Assembly: GCF_000007225.1 (NCBI RefSeq)
Contig: NC_003364.1
Coordinates: forward strand, 390,001 to 422,000
Direction: 5' to 3'
Source of the DNA: Pyrobaculum aerophilum str. IM2
GTDB lineage: Archaea; Thermoproteota; Thermoprotei; Thermoproteales; Thermoproteaceae
Length of the DNA stretch: 32,000 nucleotides
Under the pieces are notes generated by a model. It was given only the letters and a program-made list of their open reading frames with translations, had not been told where the DNA came from and did no database searches. The translations under genes and the position numbers were made by a program. Positions 9,274 through 16,762 of the stretch are shown here, piece after piece (positions within the stretch are counted from its first letter, which is position 1; each line of letters begins with the position of its first letter).

Positions 9274-10044
9274 TTAATCGACTCTAGGCGCTATAGTAGC
9301 AGTAAATACGCCACTAGTGAACTCATATGTAAGTCTTATTGGTTTATTAGCTGAGAGCTCTACCTTAACCCTTTTCGAAAGGCTTTTCATTTTGCCGCTT
9401 ATGTCTCTTAACATCTCCACGCTGTACTTCGCGGATGCGGCCTCCCCAGCCGATATATTAAACACAGACTCGCTGTCGTAGCTTAATTCTGTCTCAGCCG
9501 CCTTCCCCCCCTCGCCGACGCCTCTAAACAAGACTTTATCTGGCGATACAGTTATCTGGATCCAGTCTGAAACCTCATCAACCATAGCCAAAATGTCGTC
9601 TAGCACAGCGCTATCTATTTCAAAAGAGGCGTCAAAGGAAACGGCCAATTCTGGTATTTCCTCCTCCAATACTTGTACTATTGGAAACGAGAAGCGCCTC
9701 ACTAAACCCACCTCCCTGCCCTTCTTAGGATAAATATAAAATGAGAACCTATTCCGCTCCTTGTCCACTTCAAGCTCCAGCTTTTCAGTAGCCCCTATGC
9801 GTTTAATTACGTCTTTAATAGTTGTGAAAATTATGCCGACTTTAGTTTCCTCGTCAATCGAATAGTCCTCAAGAGCTGTGGCATAAAATGTCAAGTCTAA
9901 TAGAGCTGTTTTAGTAGGGTCAAGCGCCTTAAGGCTTATGCCGTCGCTGGAGAAATTCAATACGGCCTCTGGCAACATTCTGATTAGCACCTCGAAAGCG
10001 TAACGGGGTTCTTTGCCCTTTGGGAAGAGGGCCCTAACGCTCAT
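9274..10044 (-). CDS. pcn: DNA polymerase sliding clamp (PCNA homologue)
   Basis: 256 aa. The two-domain PCNA pattern is recognisable (FEVLIRMLPEAVLNFSSDGISLKALDPTKTALLDL ... VKVELSANKPIRLTYEF). A/T-rich TATA region at 10062-10078. Confidence 0.85.
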   Translation of the reverse strand: MSVRALFPKGKEPRYAFEVLIRMLPEAVLNFSSDGISLKALDPTKTALLDLTFYATALEDYSIDEETKVGIIFTTIKDVIKRIGATEKLELEVDKERNRFSFYIYPKKGREVGLVRRFSFPIVQVLEEEIPELAVSFDASFEIDSAVLDDILAMVDEVSDWIQITVSPDKVLFRGVGEGGKAAETELSYDSESVFNISAGEAASAKYSVEMLRDISGKMKSLSKRVKVELSANKPIRLTYEFTSGVFTATIAPRVD

Positions 10045-10098
10045 AGCTCTATCTAGTGATATAAAATAAATAAGTACGTTTCGATGTACAGTAATAGT

Positions 10099-10147
10099 GT
10101 GAAGAAGACCCCGATCGCCGAAAAATGACGAGTGGTATTAACGCTGA
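10099..10147 (+). ncRNA. C/D box sRNA candidate 2 (degenerate boxes, exact geometry)
   Basis: Plus strand reads GTGAAGA-AGACCCCGATCG-CCGA-AAA-ATGACGA-GTGGTATTAACG-CTGA (7-12-4-3-7-12-4). ATAAATAAG lies 20 nt upstream. The 3' end overlaps the etfA stop codon on the other strand. Confidence 0.55.
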
Positions 10148-11178
10148 TTTCTTATCTTTCTAATCTCCTCTATTAAGAGGGGTATAATCTGTTTATAGTC
10201 GCCAACCACTGCGTAATCTGCGTTCTCCATTATTGGCGCGTGAGGATCTGGGTTTATTGCTATTATAGTTTTCGCCTCCATGATGCCCATTAAGTGCTGA
10301 ATCGCTCCGCTTATTCCCACGGCTATATAAAGCTTTGGCCTAATTGTTTTCCCTGTCTGACCTATCTGCCTAGTATGAGGCGCCCACCCAGCCCGCACTG
10401 CCATAAGCGACGCGCCCACTGTTCCGTTGAGCAACTTAGCCAGTTCAATTAACAGTTTAAACCCCTCTGCAGATCCCAAGCCCCTGCCCCCGGCCACCAC
10501 TATATCCGCAGACTCAACTGGCGGCAGATCTGCCACGTCTTTTTCCAGCCTTTTTTCAACGGATATTAGGCGCGTTCTCCTCTTCGGAATTTCTATTTTC
10601 TCTGTAATTATTTCCCCCGTTCTGCTGGGATCGCGCTGAGGTTTCGGAAACACTCCAGGCCTCACGCTGGCCATTTGCGGACGCCTCTGTGGAGTTCTAA
10701 TTGTCGCAAGTTGCGTGCCGCCGAACGTAGGACGTATTTGTAACAAGTCGCGGGTCTTAGGGTCTATCTCCAGCGCAGTGCAGTCAGCAGTAATACCTGT
10801 TGTTAACGTATTTGCTATATATGCCGCCAGCTCCCTCCCGCGCTTAGTGCCGCCTATGAGGAAAATCTCGGGCTTGTACTTCTGGACAACCTTGGCAATC
10901 GCCTCAGCGTACTCCACAGGCGTATAGCTCTTCAGCTCTGGGTTGTCAATTATCACCACTTTATCTGCGCCGTGGTATATAGCCTCACGCGCCATCTCCT
11001 CGCTCCCCGCGACAATGACTCCGCCCACCTCAGCTCCGCCGAGTTTTTGCGCCAGCTCTCTGGCCTTGCCCAACAGCTCTAAACCCACGTCCTTTAGCCT
11101 GTCGCCGGCCCTTTCTAGATAAACCCAAACCCCTTTATATTCCTCTTTATTTACAGGAGTCCAAAGGCTACAGGGCAT
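10138..11178 (-). CDS. etfA: Electron transfer flavoprotein alpha subunit (EtfA/FixB)
   Basis: C-terminal FAD-binding ETF-alpha signature PKLYIAVGISGAIQHLMGIMEAKTIIAINPDPHAPI. It follows etfB by 3 nt. Confidence 0.9.
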   Translation of the reverse strand: MPCSLWTPVNKEEYKGVWVYLERAGDRLKDVGLELLGKARELAQKLGGAEVGGVIVAGSEEMAREAIYHGADKVVIIDNPELKSYTPVEYAEAIAKVVQKYKPEIFLIGGTKRGRELAAYIANTLTTGITADCTALEIDPKTRDLLQIRPTFGGTQLATIRTPQRRPQMASVRPGVFPKPQRDPSRTGEIITEKIEIPKRRTRLISVEKRLEKDVADLPPVESADIVVAGGRGLGSAEGFKLLIELAKLLNGTVGASLMAVRAGWAPHTRQIGQTGKTIRPKLYIAVGISGAIQHLMGIMEAKTIIAINPDPHAPIMENADYAVVGDYKQIIPLLIEEIRKIRNQR

Positions 11179-11181
11179 GGC

Positions 11182-11976
11182 CTATAACACTCCCTCTTGT
11201 TTTAAAACTTCAACCAGCCTCTTAACCACCTCCTCCGGCTGTCCTTGCAATACTACCTTTTTCCTCGGCGGATATGTCGCCGGCGATAAGCCGGCGACTA
11301 TAGTGGGGCTTCCCCGCAAACCCACACATTCAGGATCAAGGCCCAACTCCTTATTACTCACTATTTGTATGTACTCTCTGGCGTTGAGCTTTCGGCTCAT
11401 TCTTACCTCTCTCGGTATTTGAGAGCCCTTTAACACTGATATTACTGCGGGCATCTCTACCTCATAAACCTCGTCTACTCCCTCGTCTTCTAGAAAACGC
11501 CTTACAATAAGAGCCCTCCCTTTTACCTCAGCATCATATACGTAGTATACATAAGGCACGCCGAGCCAGCTAGCCGTCTGTGCGCCTATGTGGGCAGTGG
11601 TGCTGTCAATAGTCTCCTCGCCTGTAACCACTAGGTCGTAATCGGGTATGTACTTCTCAATTGTCTTAGCGAGGACGTGCGCAGTAGCCCACGTATCTGC
11701 GCCTGCGAATACTCTATCTGAGGCGAGAATAGCTCTGTCCACTCCCATGCCTATTAGGCTCTCAAGCGCAGGTATTCCGCTGGGAGGAGCCATGGACAGA
11801 GCTATTACCTCACCTCCGTATTTGTCTCTAAGTTTAAGCGCAAACTCCACCGCGTCTCTATCCCACACATTAGCCGTTAACGGCACGCCCTCTCTAACTA
11901 ACGTGCCGGTCTTCGGATCTATTTTTATCGCTGAGGAGAGGGGGACAGCGGCTTTTGTGAGGACAACGATTTTCAT
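11182..11976 (-). CDS. etfB: Electron transfer flavoprotein beta subunit (EtfB/FixA)
   Basis: ETF-beta pattern (MKIVVLTK..., DRDAVEFALKLRDKYGGEVIALSMAPP, DLVVTGEETIDSTTAHIG). Confidence 0.9.
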   Translation of the reverse strand: MKIVVLTKAAVPLSSAIKIDPKTGTLVREGVPLTANVWDRDAVEFALKLRDKYGGEVIALSMAPPSGIPALESLIGMGVDRAILASDRVFAGADTWATAHVLAKTIEKYIPDYDLVVTGEETIDSTTAHIGAQTASWLGVPYVYYVYDAEVKGRALIVRRFLEDEGVDEVYEVEMPAVISVLKGSQIPREVRMSRKLNAREYIQIVSNKELGLDPECVGLRGSPTIVAGLSPATYPPRKKVVLQGQPEEVVKRLVEVLKQEGVL

Positions 11977-11980
11977 AGCC

Positions 11981-12271
11981 TCAAGTAAATCTATACCAAA
12001 TTCCCATGCCAGACCGCGGGTAATTCCATTCTATACTGCCGTGTGGGCACACAACGCGGCAAGTGCCGCATTCCACACACGCCTCTGTGCTAAGCACTAC
12101 GTAATCCCCCTGTTGTACGTAGCATTTTGCTGGACACATATAAGTACACGGCTTTTTTTCACATTTTCTGCACTTCTCCGGGTCTTTAATTCTTATATGT
12201 GGCCTGTGGACATCAACGTCCCAAGCATTTGCATTAAGCCTTTCTTCAATTGTAAAGTACTTCAAACTCAT
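11981..12271 (-). CDS. fixX: FixX-type ferredoxin-like protein
   Basis: 96 aa with CRKCEKKPCTYMCPAKCY and CVECGTCRVVCP motifs. It overlaps the fixC stop. Confidence 0.85.
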   Translation of the reverse strand: MSLKYFTIEERLNANAWDVDVHRPHIRIKDPEKCRKCEKKPCTYMCPAKCYVQQGDYVVLSTEACVECGTCRVVCPHGSIEWNYPRSGMGIWYRFT

Positions 12272-13542
12272 AGGCTTCTTACCATTCTTATTATATTTAT
12301 CATTATCTTTAACATGCTAACGCCAGTTTTCTTCGACGCTTCGCGTAAAGCCTCCAGTAAAGTCCTGTGGTTCTCATCGATGTTAAAATACCTATACGAC
12401 GCCTCTGTTGAAAATAACGTCAAGTCTCTGAATAAAGACTCGTCGCCTAACAACTTATCGGCCTTTCTGAACTTTTCCAGTTGCGGTAAGATAAAGCTAC
12501 TTCTCAACTTTTTCTCGTAGACTGACAAGTCCTCCGCCGAGGGGCTCCTCGCCTCTTTTACCGCCTCCGCGGCCAGCACGCCCGAAGCAATTGCAAAATC
12601 AACGCCGCGTATTAAAACGCCTGTGTGTAAGAGAAAGCCGGCCGCGTCGCCTACAATTAACAAGCCGTCATAATAAAAGCGGGGAGGAGACATATTTATC
12701 CCAGCCACAGGAGTCATATGGCCTCCATATTCCTGAAGAGCGGCGCCCTTCACGAGAGGCGCTATGTAGGGATGTAGCCTCAGTTTTTCCACCAACTCGT
12801 AAACAGGAGTTTTCAGCCTCTCCCAGTTCTTTAAATACACCACTACGCCAAGCGCCAACGAGTCCTTGTAGGTGTAGATAAAACCGCCGCCCGGCAGATA
12901 CTCCGTGGGGTACCCAGCAATTGCCCAAGCTAGGCCCTCGTCTTCCTCAAGGCCCAGCCTCTCTTCTAACGTCTTTTTATTCTCAAACTTCAACACCTCC
13001 TTAACGCCTACAGCCACAAGCTCCGGCTCAAGCTTTTTCACAATGCCAGCCCGCTCTAAGAGCAGTCGGTTAACGCCCTCTGCATCTATGACGTAATCCG
13101 CTTGTAAGACGTCTGGACCGGACTGAACTCCCACAACTCTGCCTTTCTCGTCTTTTACTAACGCGTCTACCGTCACCTCAGTAACTATCTTGGCGCCGGC
13201 GCCTTGTGCCAGCTTAGCCAACCAAGATACAAAAGATACCAGGGGAACAATAAAACTAGTCTTCTCCTTCTGTACAACCGCCGATTCCAATGTCAACGCT
13301 TTGTCCTCAGTGAGGAAAGTCACTCTTTCCCTCCGCACCCATCTATCTACTGGCGCGTCTTTGCGAAACTCCGGCAAGTACCTATCAAGCCAATATGCAT
13401 AAATACGGCCGCCGTATAGCTCTTTTGAGCCGGGCTCTCTCCCCCTCTCTAACACTACGACTTTAAAACCCGCCGAGGCGAGTTTATAAGCTGCGGCAAG
13501 TCCCGCAGGACCTGCGCCTACGATAGCTACGTCGAATTTCAT
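12268..13542 (-). CDS. fixC: FixC / ETF-quinone oxidoreductase-like FAD-dependent oxidoreductase
   Basis: N-terminal FDVAIVGAGPAGLAAAYKLASAG dinucleotide fold. 424 aa, first gene of the fixCX-etfBA operon. TATA at about 13563-13572. Confidence 0.85.
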   Translation of the reverse strand: MKFDVAIVGAGPAGLAAAYKLASAGFKVVVLERGREPGSKELYGGRIYAYWLDRYLPEFRKDAPVDRWVRRERVTFLTEDKALTLESAVVQKEKTSFIVPLVSFVSWLAKLAQGAGAKIVTEVTVDALVKDEKGRVVGVQSGPDVLQADYVIDAEGVNRLLLERAGIVKKLEPELVAVGVKEVLKFENKKTLEERLGLEEDEGLAWAIAGYPTEYLPGGGFIYTYKDSLALGVVVYLKNWERLKTPVYELVEKLRLHPYIAPLVKGAALQEYGGHMTPVAGINMSPPRFYYDGLLIVGDAAGFLLHTGVLIRGVDFAIASGVLAAEAVKEARSPSAEDLSVYEKKLRSSFILPQLEKFRKADKLLGDESLFRDLTLFSTEASYRYFNIDENHRTLLEALREASKKTGVSMLKIMINIIRMVRSL

Positions 13543-13560
13543 TGCGCTTTACCTCATCTA

Positions 13561-13700
13561 GATAATTATATATGGATTTCGTCAATAAACGAATAAATAT
13601 TTCTATAAATAAAATAATAAAAATTTTATTTAATTTTAATGTTGTTAAAATTTGAAAAATAACTTTAATTACTTTTATTATATTAAGTTTATATTGGCAT
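13561..13700. other. Extreme A+T tract (about 13% GC over 140 bp) in the fixC/moaDE divergent intergenic region
   Basis: My count is 18 G/C in 140 nt against about 50% for the window. It contains the near-palindrome AATAAAA-A-TTTTATT (13616-13630). Only the outermost roughly 10 bp on each side are needed as TATA boxes. Confidence 0.7.
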
Positions 13701-13755
13701 TTTCTGCGACCGCTGTGAAGCGGTCATTGGGCTTGATTAACTTAAAAATGCCAAT
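13693..13755. repeat. Nested inverted repeats upstream of, and overlapping, the moaDE promoter
   Basis: Outer arms ATTGGCATTTT (13693-13703) and AAAATGCCAAT (13745-13755) are perfect 11-mers. Inner hairpin is GACCGCT-GTGA-AGCGGTC (13708-13725). The right outer arm overlaps the TATA-like TTAAAAAT about 25 nt before the GTG start at 13769. Confidence 0.75.
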
Positions 13756-13768
13756 TTAATAAAAGCAT

Positions 13769-14458
13769 GTGAAAATCCACATCAAGTATTTCTCCGCGCT
13801 GAGAGACATTACAGGCAAGACCTCAGAGACCATTGAAATTCCCAACGGCTATACACTGGGCGATGTTATCAACTGGTTTTTCAAAAACTATCCCAAAGCC
13901 GAAGTTTTTAAAGAAGAGCTCTTGGTATTAGTAAATGGACGCTCCCTAGACTGGTCATATGAATTAAAAGAGGGCGACGAAGTTGCGTTAATGCCTCCGG
14001 TTAGTGGAGGCGGCGGCGTAATTGATCACGCCGTAGATCTCAATAAAGAGGTGGAGGACATTATTAAAAACACCGCGCATCTGGGAGGCGGTGGCGTCGT
14101 GATTTTCGTGGGATACGTAAAGGGAAAAGTGGACAAAGCGGCGGTTAATGTTTTAGAATACGAAGCATACGAGCCATACGCAAGCTCTAAAATAAAAGAA
14201 ATCGAGGCTTGGGCCAGGGATCAAGCCGGAGTATTAGACGCGAGGATATACCACGTCGTGGGCGCATTAAAGCCGGGCGACCACACACTTTACGTATTTG
14301 TATCCGCAATTAATAGAGACATAGCGTTTAGTGTGGCAAGAGAGGCTCTTGAAAGGGTGAAACATGAAGTGCCGATCTTCAAGCTCGAGAGACGTAGCGA
14401 TGGGGAGTTTTGGGTCGTTGGCGACGGTAAGAGGATCCCTAGAAATCCTCAACCCTAA
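13769..14458 (+). CDS. moaDE: Molybdopterin synthase MoaD-MoaE fusion protein
   Basis: Residues 1-81 form a MoaD/ThiS beta-grasp ending PPVSGG, followed by GG (codons at 14006-14017) and a MoaE domain (VVIFVGYVKG ... VPIFKLERRSDGEFWV). GTG start. Confidence 0.85.
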   Translation: MKIHIKYFSALRDITGKTSETIEIPNGYTLGDVINWFFKNYPKAEVFKEELLVLVNGRSLDWSYELKEGDEVALMPPVSGGGGVIDHAVDLNKEVEDIIKNTAHLGGGGVVIFVGYVKGKVDKAAVNVLEYEAYEPYASSKIKEIEAWARDQAGVLDARIYHVVGALKPGDHTLYVFVSAINRDIAFSVAREALERVKHEVPIFKLERRSDGEFWVVGDGKRIPRNPQP

Positions 14459-14825
14459 ATGGTGATTCCTCCACTTCTACAACGCCCTCAATTTCGGAAA
14501 CATATTGGTTGTGTCTCAACCGGACTACAATGTTAATAACGTAACCGCTTTTAGTTATTATAGTAGTCTTGCCACGGCTGAATTCTACGTCTAGAACTTG
14601 TTCGCCTATCTCTTCGAGATGAGTAGCCACCTTGTTAATTAGACTCCAGAGAAATGACATCGCTATATTCACGCCGCCTGTCTTCACCTCTATAGGCTTT
14701 GTCAGGGCTTCTGCGAGAAACTCGCCGATGTCCTTACTTATTTCAGACGCCGTGGACTCTATGAGCGCGTATACGCGCAACTTACCCACGCCCTTTATGC
14801 GTTCTTGGATCGAAACGCTCTCCAC
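14439..14825 (-). CDS. Hypothetical 128-aa protein, possibly Roadblock/LC7-like
   Basis: TATA TTTAAATA about 23 nt upstream. The patterns LRVYALIESTASEI and VLDVEFSRGKTTIITKSGYVINIVV loosely fit the Roadblock/MglB fold. Weak, eye-level similarity only. Confidence 0.5.
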   Translation of the reverse strand: MESVSIQERIKGVGKLRVYALIESTASEISKDIGEFLAEALTKPIEVKTGGVNIAMSFLWSLINKVATHLEEIGEQVLDVEFSRGKTTIITKSGYVINIVVRLRHNQYVSEIEGVVEVEESPFRVEDF

Positions 14826-14886
14826 AAGCGTGGCAGTGTACGTATTTAAATAGAAGAGTATTTATATGAGGCTGTATATCTAGTTT

Positions 14887-15663
14887 GTGTCGGGATACCA
14901 TTTATATTATGAAACTGTGCCAACTGGGATCGAGGGTCTTGATACTATTATCGGCGGTGGATTCATAAGGGGGAGGACTTATTTAATTTCGGGGGAGACC
15001 GGCACGGCCAAAACCTTGACTGCCCTGACGTTTCTCATACAGGGCGCGCTAAAGTATGGAGAGCCTGGTATATACATATCCGTCGACGAGACTTATGAAC
15101 AATTTGTAGAGGGGGCAAGGCGATTTGGCTGGGATATTGAGGATTTGCGGGCAAGAGGGCTCATTGAAGTGTTAGTCCCCGAAATGGACATCGTTGAAAG
15201 GATTAGAGAGAAGGACCCAACTGCTATAGCTAAATCTCTAGTCGTTTCAATCCGCGAATATGTAGCGGCGCTTAACGCCCAAAGGCTAGTCATAGATCCC
15301 ATTGCGCCGTTAGTATCTCTAGATAAAGATGTGCAGGTTTTAAGGGAGTACATCAGAGTATTAGTAATGAGCATAGAGAGGGAGATAGGCACAACTAATA
15401 TAATAACCACTGAGATACCCTCTGGCTCGGGGGCGATAAGCAGATACGGCGTAGAGGAGTTCTTGGCGACTGGCGTGTTTATCATGGGAATCGCCAAGGC
15501 TAGAGACGGCTCTTTTAAAAGAGTGATGTTCGTGAGGAAAATGAGGTGGAGCCCCGTCCACCCCGGCATTTATGAAATAGAGATCATCCCAAAGGCCGGG
15601 ATAGTGGTAAAGGGACAAGTTAAAGAGCCGTTAGTGCCAGTAACTTATTTACCCACATTATAA
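14887..15663 (+). CDS. Single-domain KaiC/RecA-superfamily ATPase (COG0467-like)
   Basis: TGIEGLDTIIGGGFIRGRTYLISGETGTAKT (Walker A with Ala in place of the second Gly, nt 14992-15015) and Walker B RLVIDPI. GTG start with TATA TATTTATAT 22 nt upstream. Confidence 0.8.
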   Translation: MSGYHLYYETVPTGIEGLDTIIGGGFIRGRTYLISGETGTAKTLTALTFLIQGALKYGEPGIYISVDETYEQFVEGARRFGWDIEDLRARGLIEVLVPEMDIVERIREKDPTAIAKSLVVSIREYVAALNAQRLVIDPIAPLVSLDKDVQVLREYIRVLVMSIEREIGTTNIITTEIPSGSGAISRYGVEEFLATGVFIMGIAKARDGSFKRVMFVRKMRWSPVHPGIYEIEIIPKAGIVVKGQVKEPLVPVTYLPTL

Positions 15664-15714
15664 GCGGCTTTATCTACTGCCTGATCCGCTTTAGAGGGGC
15701 GGATAGCGACTTAT

Positions 15715-15762
15715 TCAGCCGGGTTCTTTTCATCACATCTCGTATTATCCCGTCCTCATCAT
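15715..15762 (-). ncRNA. C/D box sRNA candidate 3
   Basis: Minus strand reads ATGATGA-GGACGGGATAAT-ACGA-GAT-GTGATGA-AAAGAACCCGG-CTGA. C, C' and D are perfect and D' is degenerate. AAATATTT element about 18 nt upstream. Confidence 0.8.
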
Positions 15763-15820
15763 ACAACGATAATGCAAATATTTAGTTGTTGGCAATATAG
15801 TTTATGCTTGCGACGTATAC

Positions 15821-16195
15821 GTGTCTGAGGAGCTAACGTTGTTGGTGAGGCGCCGTGGCTTGCTGATAAAAAAAGCTCTTATTAAGCACAACGGTCGTGC
15901 CGTCGGAGAGTATATATACGTGAAGAGGGGGCTTTTTGAGGCTGAGGCTGAGTTCGACTTGGAAGACGGCGTATTGTACTATTTACAAATTTGCTGGTTT
16001 AGAAGGTGTTCTGTATGGTTTGACGGAGAGCCCGACAGGCCGCCAGCTGCGGCTCTTATTAAAAAAGCCCTTGCCATATTAAGCGAGATGGCAAGTTTTT
16101 CAGAGGCGGCAAAGGCTGCGTTAAGAGCCGTGGCCTCGTGGAAAAGCCGATCGTCACAGTTCAGAACCTCTGACCTAACTCATCGGCTTGTCTAA
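15821..16195 (+). CDS. Hypothetical protein (124 aa)
   Basis: GTG start 24 nt after AATATAGTTTA. No family recognised. Confidence 0.45.
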   Translation: MSEELTLLVRRRGLLIKKALIKHNGRAVGEYIYVKRGLFEAEAEFDLEDGVLYYLQICWFRRCSVWFDGEPDRPPAAALIKKALAILSEMASFSEAAKAALRAVASWKSRSSQFRTSDLTHRLV

Positions 16196-16221
16196 GTTGT
16201 GAAAAAGGTATAAATATTAGG

Positions 16222-16458
16222 ATGGTCAATCATGCCGTGAGGGATTTGACTAGCCAGAGGCTTGTGGAACAAATCATTAACTTACTAAAAGAATATGGAG
16301 AGCTTAGTAGCGCTGATATTGCGAAAATGCTGGGAGTCAATAGGCGATCGGTGGCAGCCATTTTAGCGCGTCTGAGAAGGGAGGGTATTGTTGAATATAT
16401 AGGCTATTGTTTTGGAGGAAACCGTTGTAATACTAAGTGGAAGTTAAAAATGAATTAG
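16222..16458 (+). CDS. Small winged-helix DNA-binding protein
   Basis: LLKEYGELSSADIAKMLGVNRRSVAAILARLRREGIVEY is a typical wHTH. The TATA at 16209-16218 suggests the true start may be GTG 16237. Confidence 0.65.
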   Translation: MVNHAVRDLTSQRLVEQIINLLKEYGELSSADIAKMLGVNRRSVAAILARLRREGIVEYIGYCFGGNRCNTKWKLKMN

Positions 16459-16525
16459 TTTCAGTGCACTCCCACCCATCTAAAACTTATGTAAAATTAA
16501 TTTAACTGCACGACTTGAAAATCCC

Positions 16526-16729
16526 GTGCCTGTTTTTTGTACTGTGCTGTGGCGCGGGGAGAAGTACAGGGTAGAGTGTACTCCTTCACATTTATTAAGT
16601 CTCGCGACGAAGATCGCAGAAGCCGAGGCAACGCCTTATCTAGAGGTATATAAACAGATTATAATTAGTATAGAGGCTGAATATAGTGGAACGCGGCACA
16701 TAGTAGCCGCTCTTTTAGCCGAGAAATGA
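16526..16729 (+). CDS. Hypothetical protein (67 aa)
   Basis: GTG start 27 nt after AAAATTAATTTA. No family recognised. Confidence 0.4.
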   Translation: MPVFCTVLWRGEKYRVECTPSHLLSLATKIAEAEATPYLEVYKQIIISIEAEYSGTRHIVAALLAEK

Positions 16730-16762
16730 AAGTTTTTAAAGACGTCTCATCATGTCTCTGGT

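Noticed and set aside
11648-12520. 290-aa plus-strand ORF
   Set aside because: It is antisense to etfB, fixX and fixC, which all carry unmistakable family motifs. Its low-complexity Ser/Leu/Phe/Ile-rich composition is typical of a shadow ORF.
13693-13755. Idea that the structured element upstream of moaDE is a Moco riboswitch
   Set aside because: The Moco riboswitch is a larger bacterial RNA with conserved motifs I do not see here. The element also lies mostly upstream of the predicted leaderless transcription start.
15683-15703. Hairpin ATCCGC-9 nt-GCGGAT just after the KaiC-like gene, considered as a terminator
   Set aside because: It is only 6 bp with no following oligo-T run. Archaeal termination does not require hairpins, so this is not reportable as a feature.
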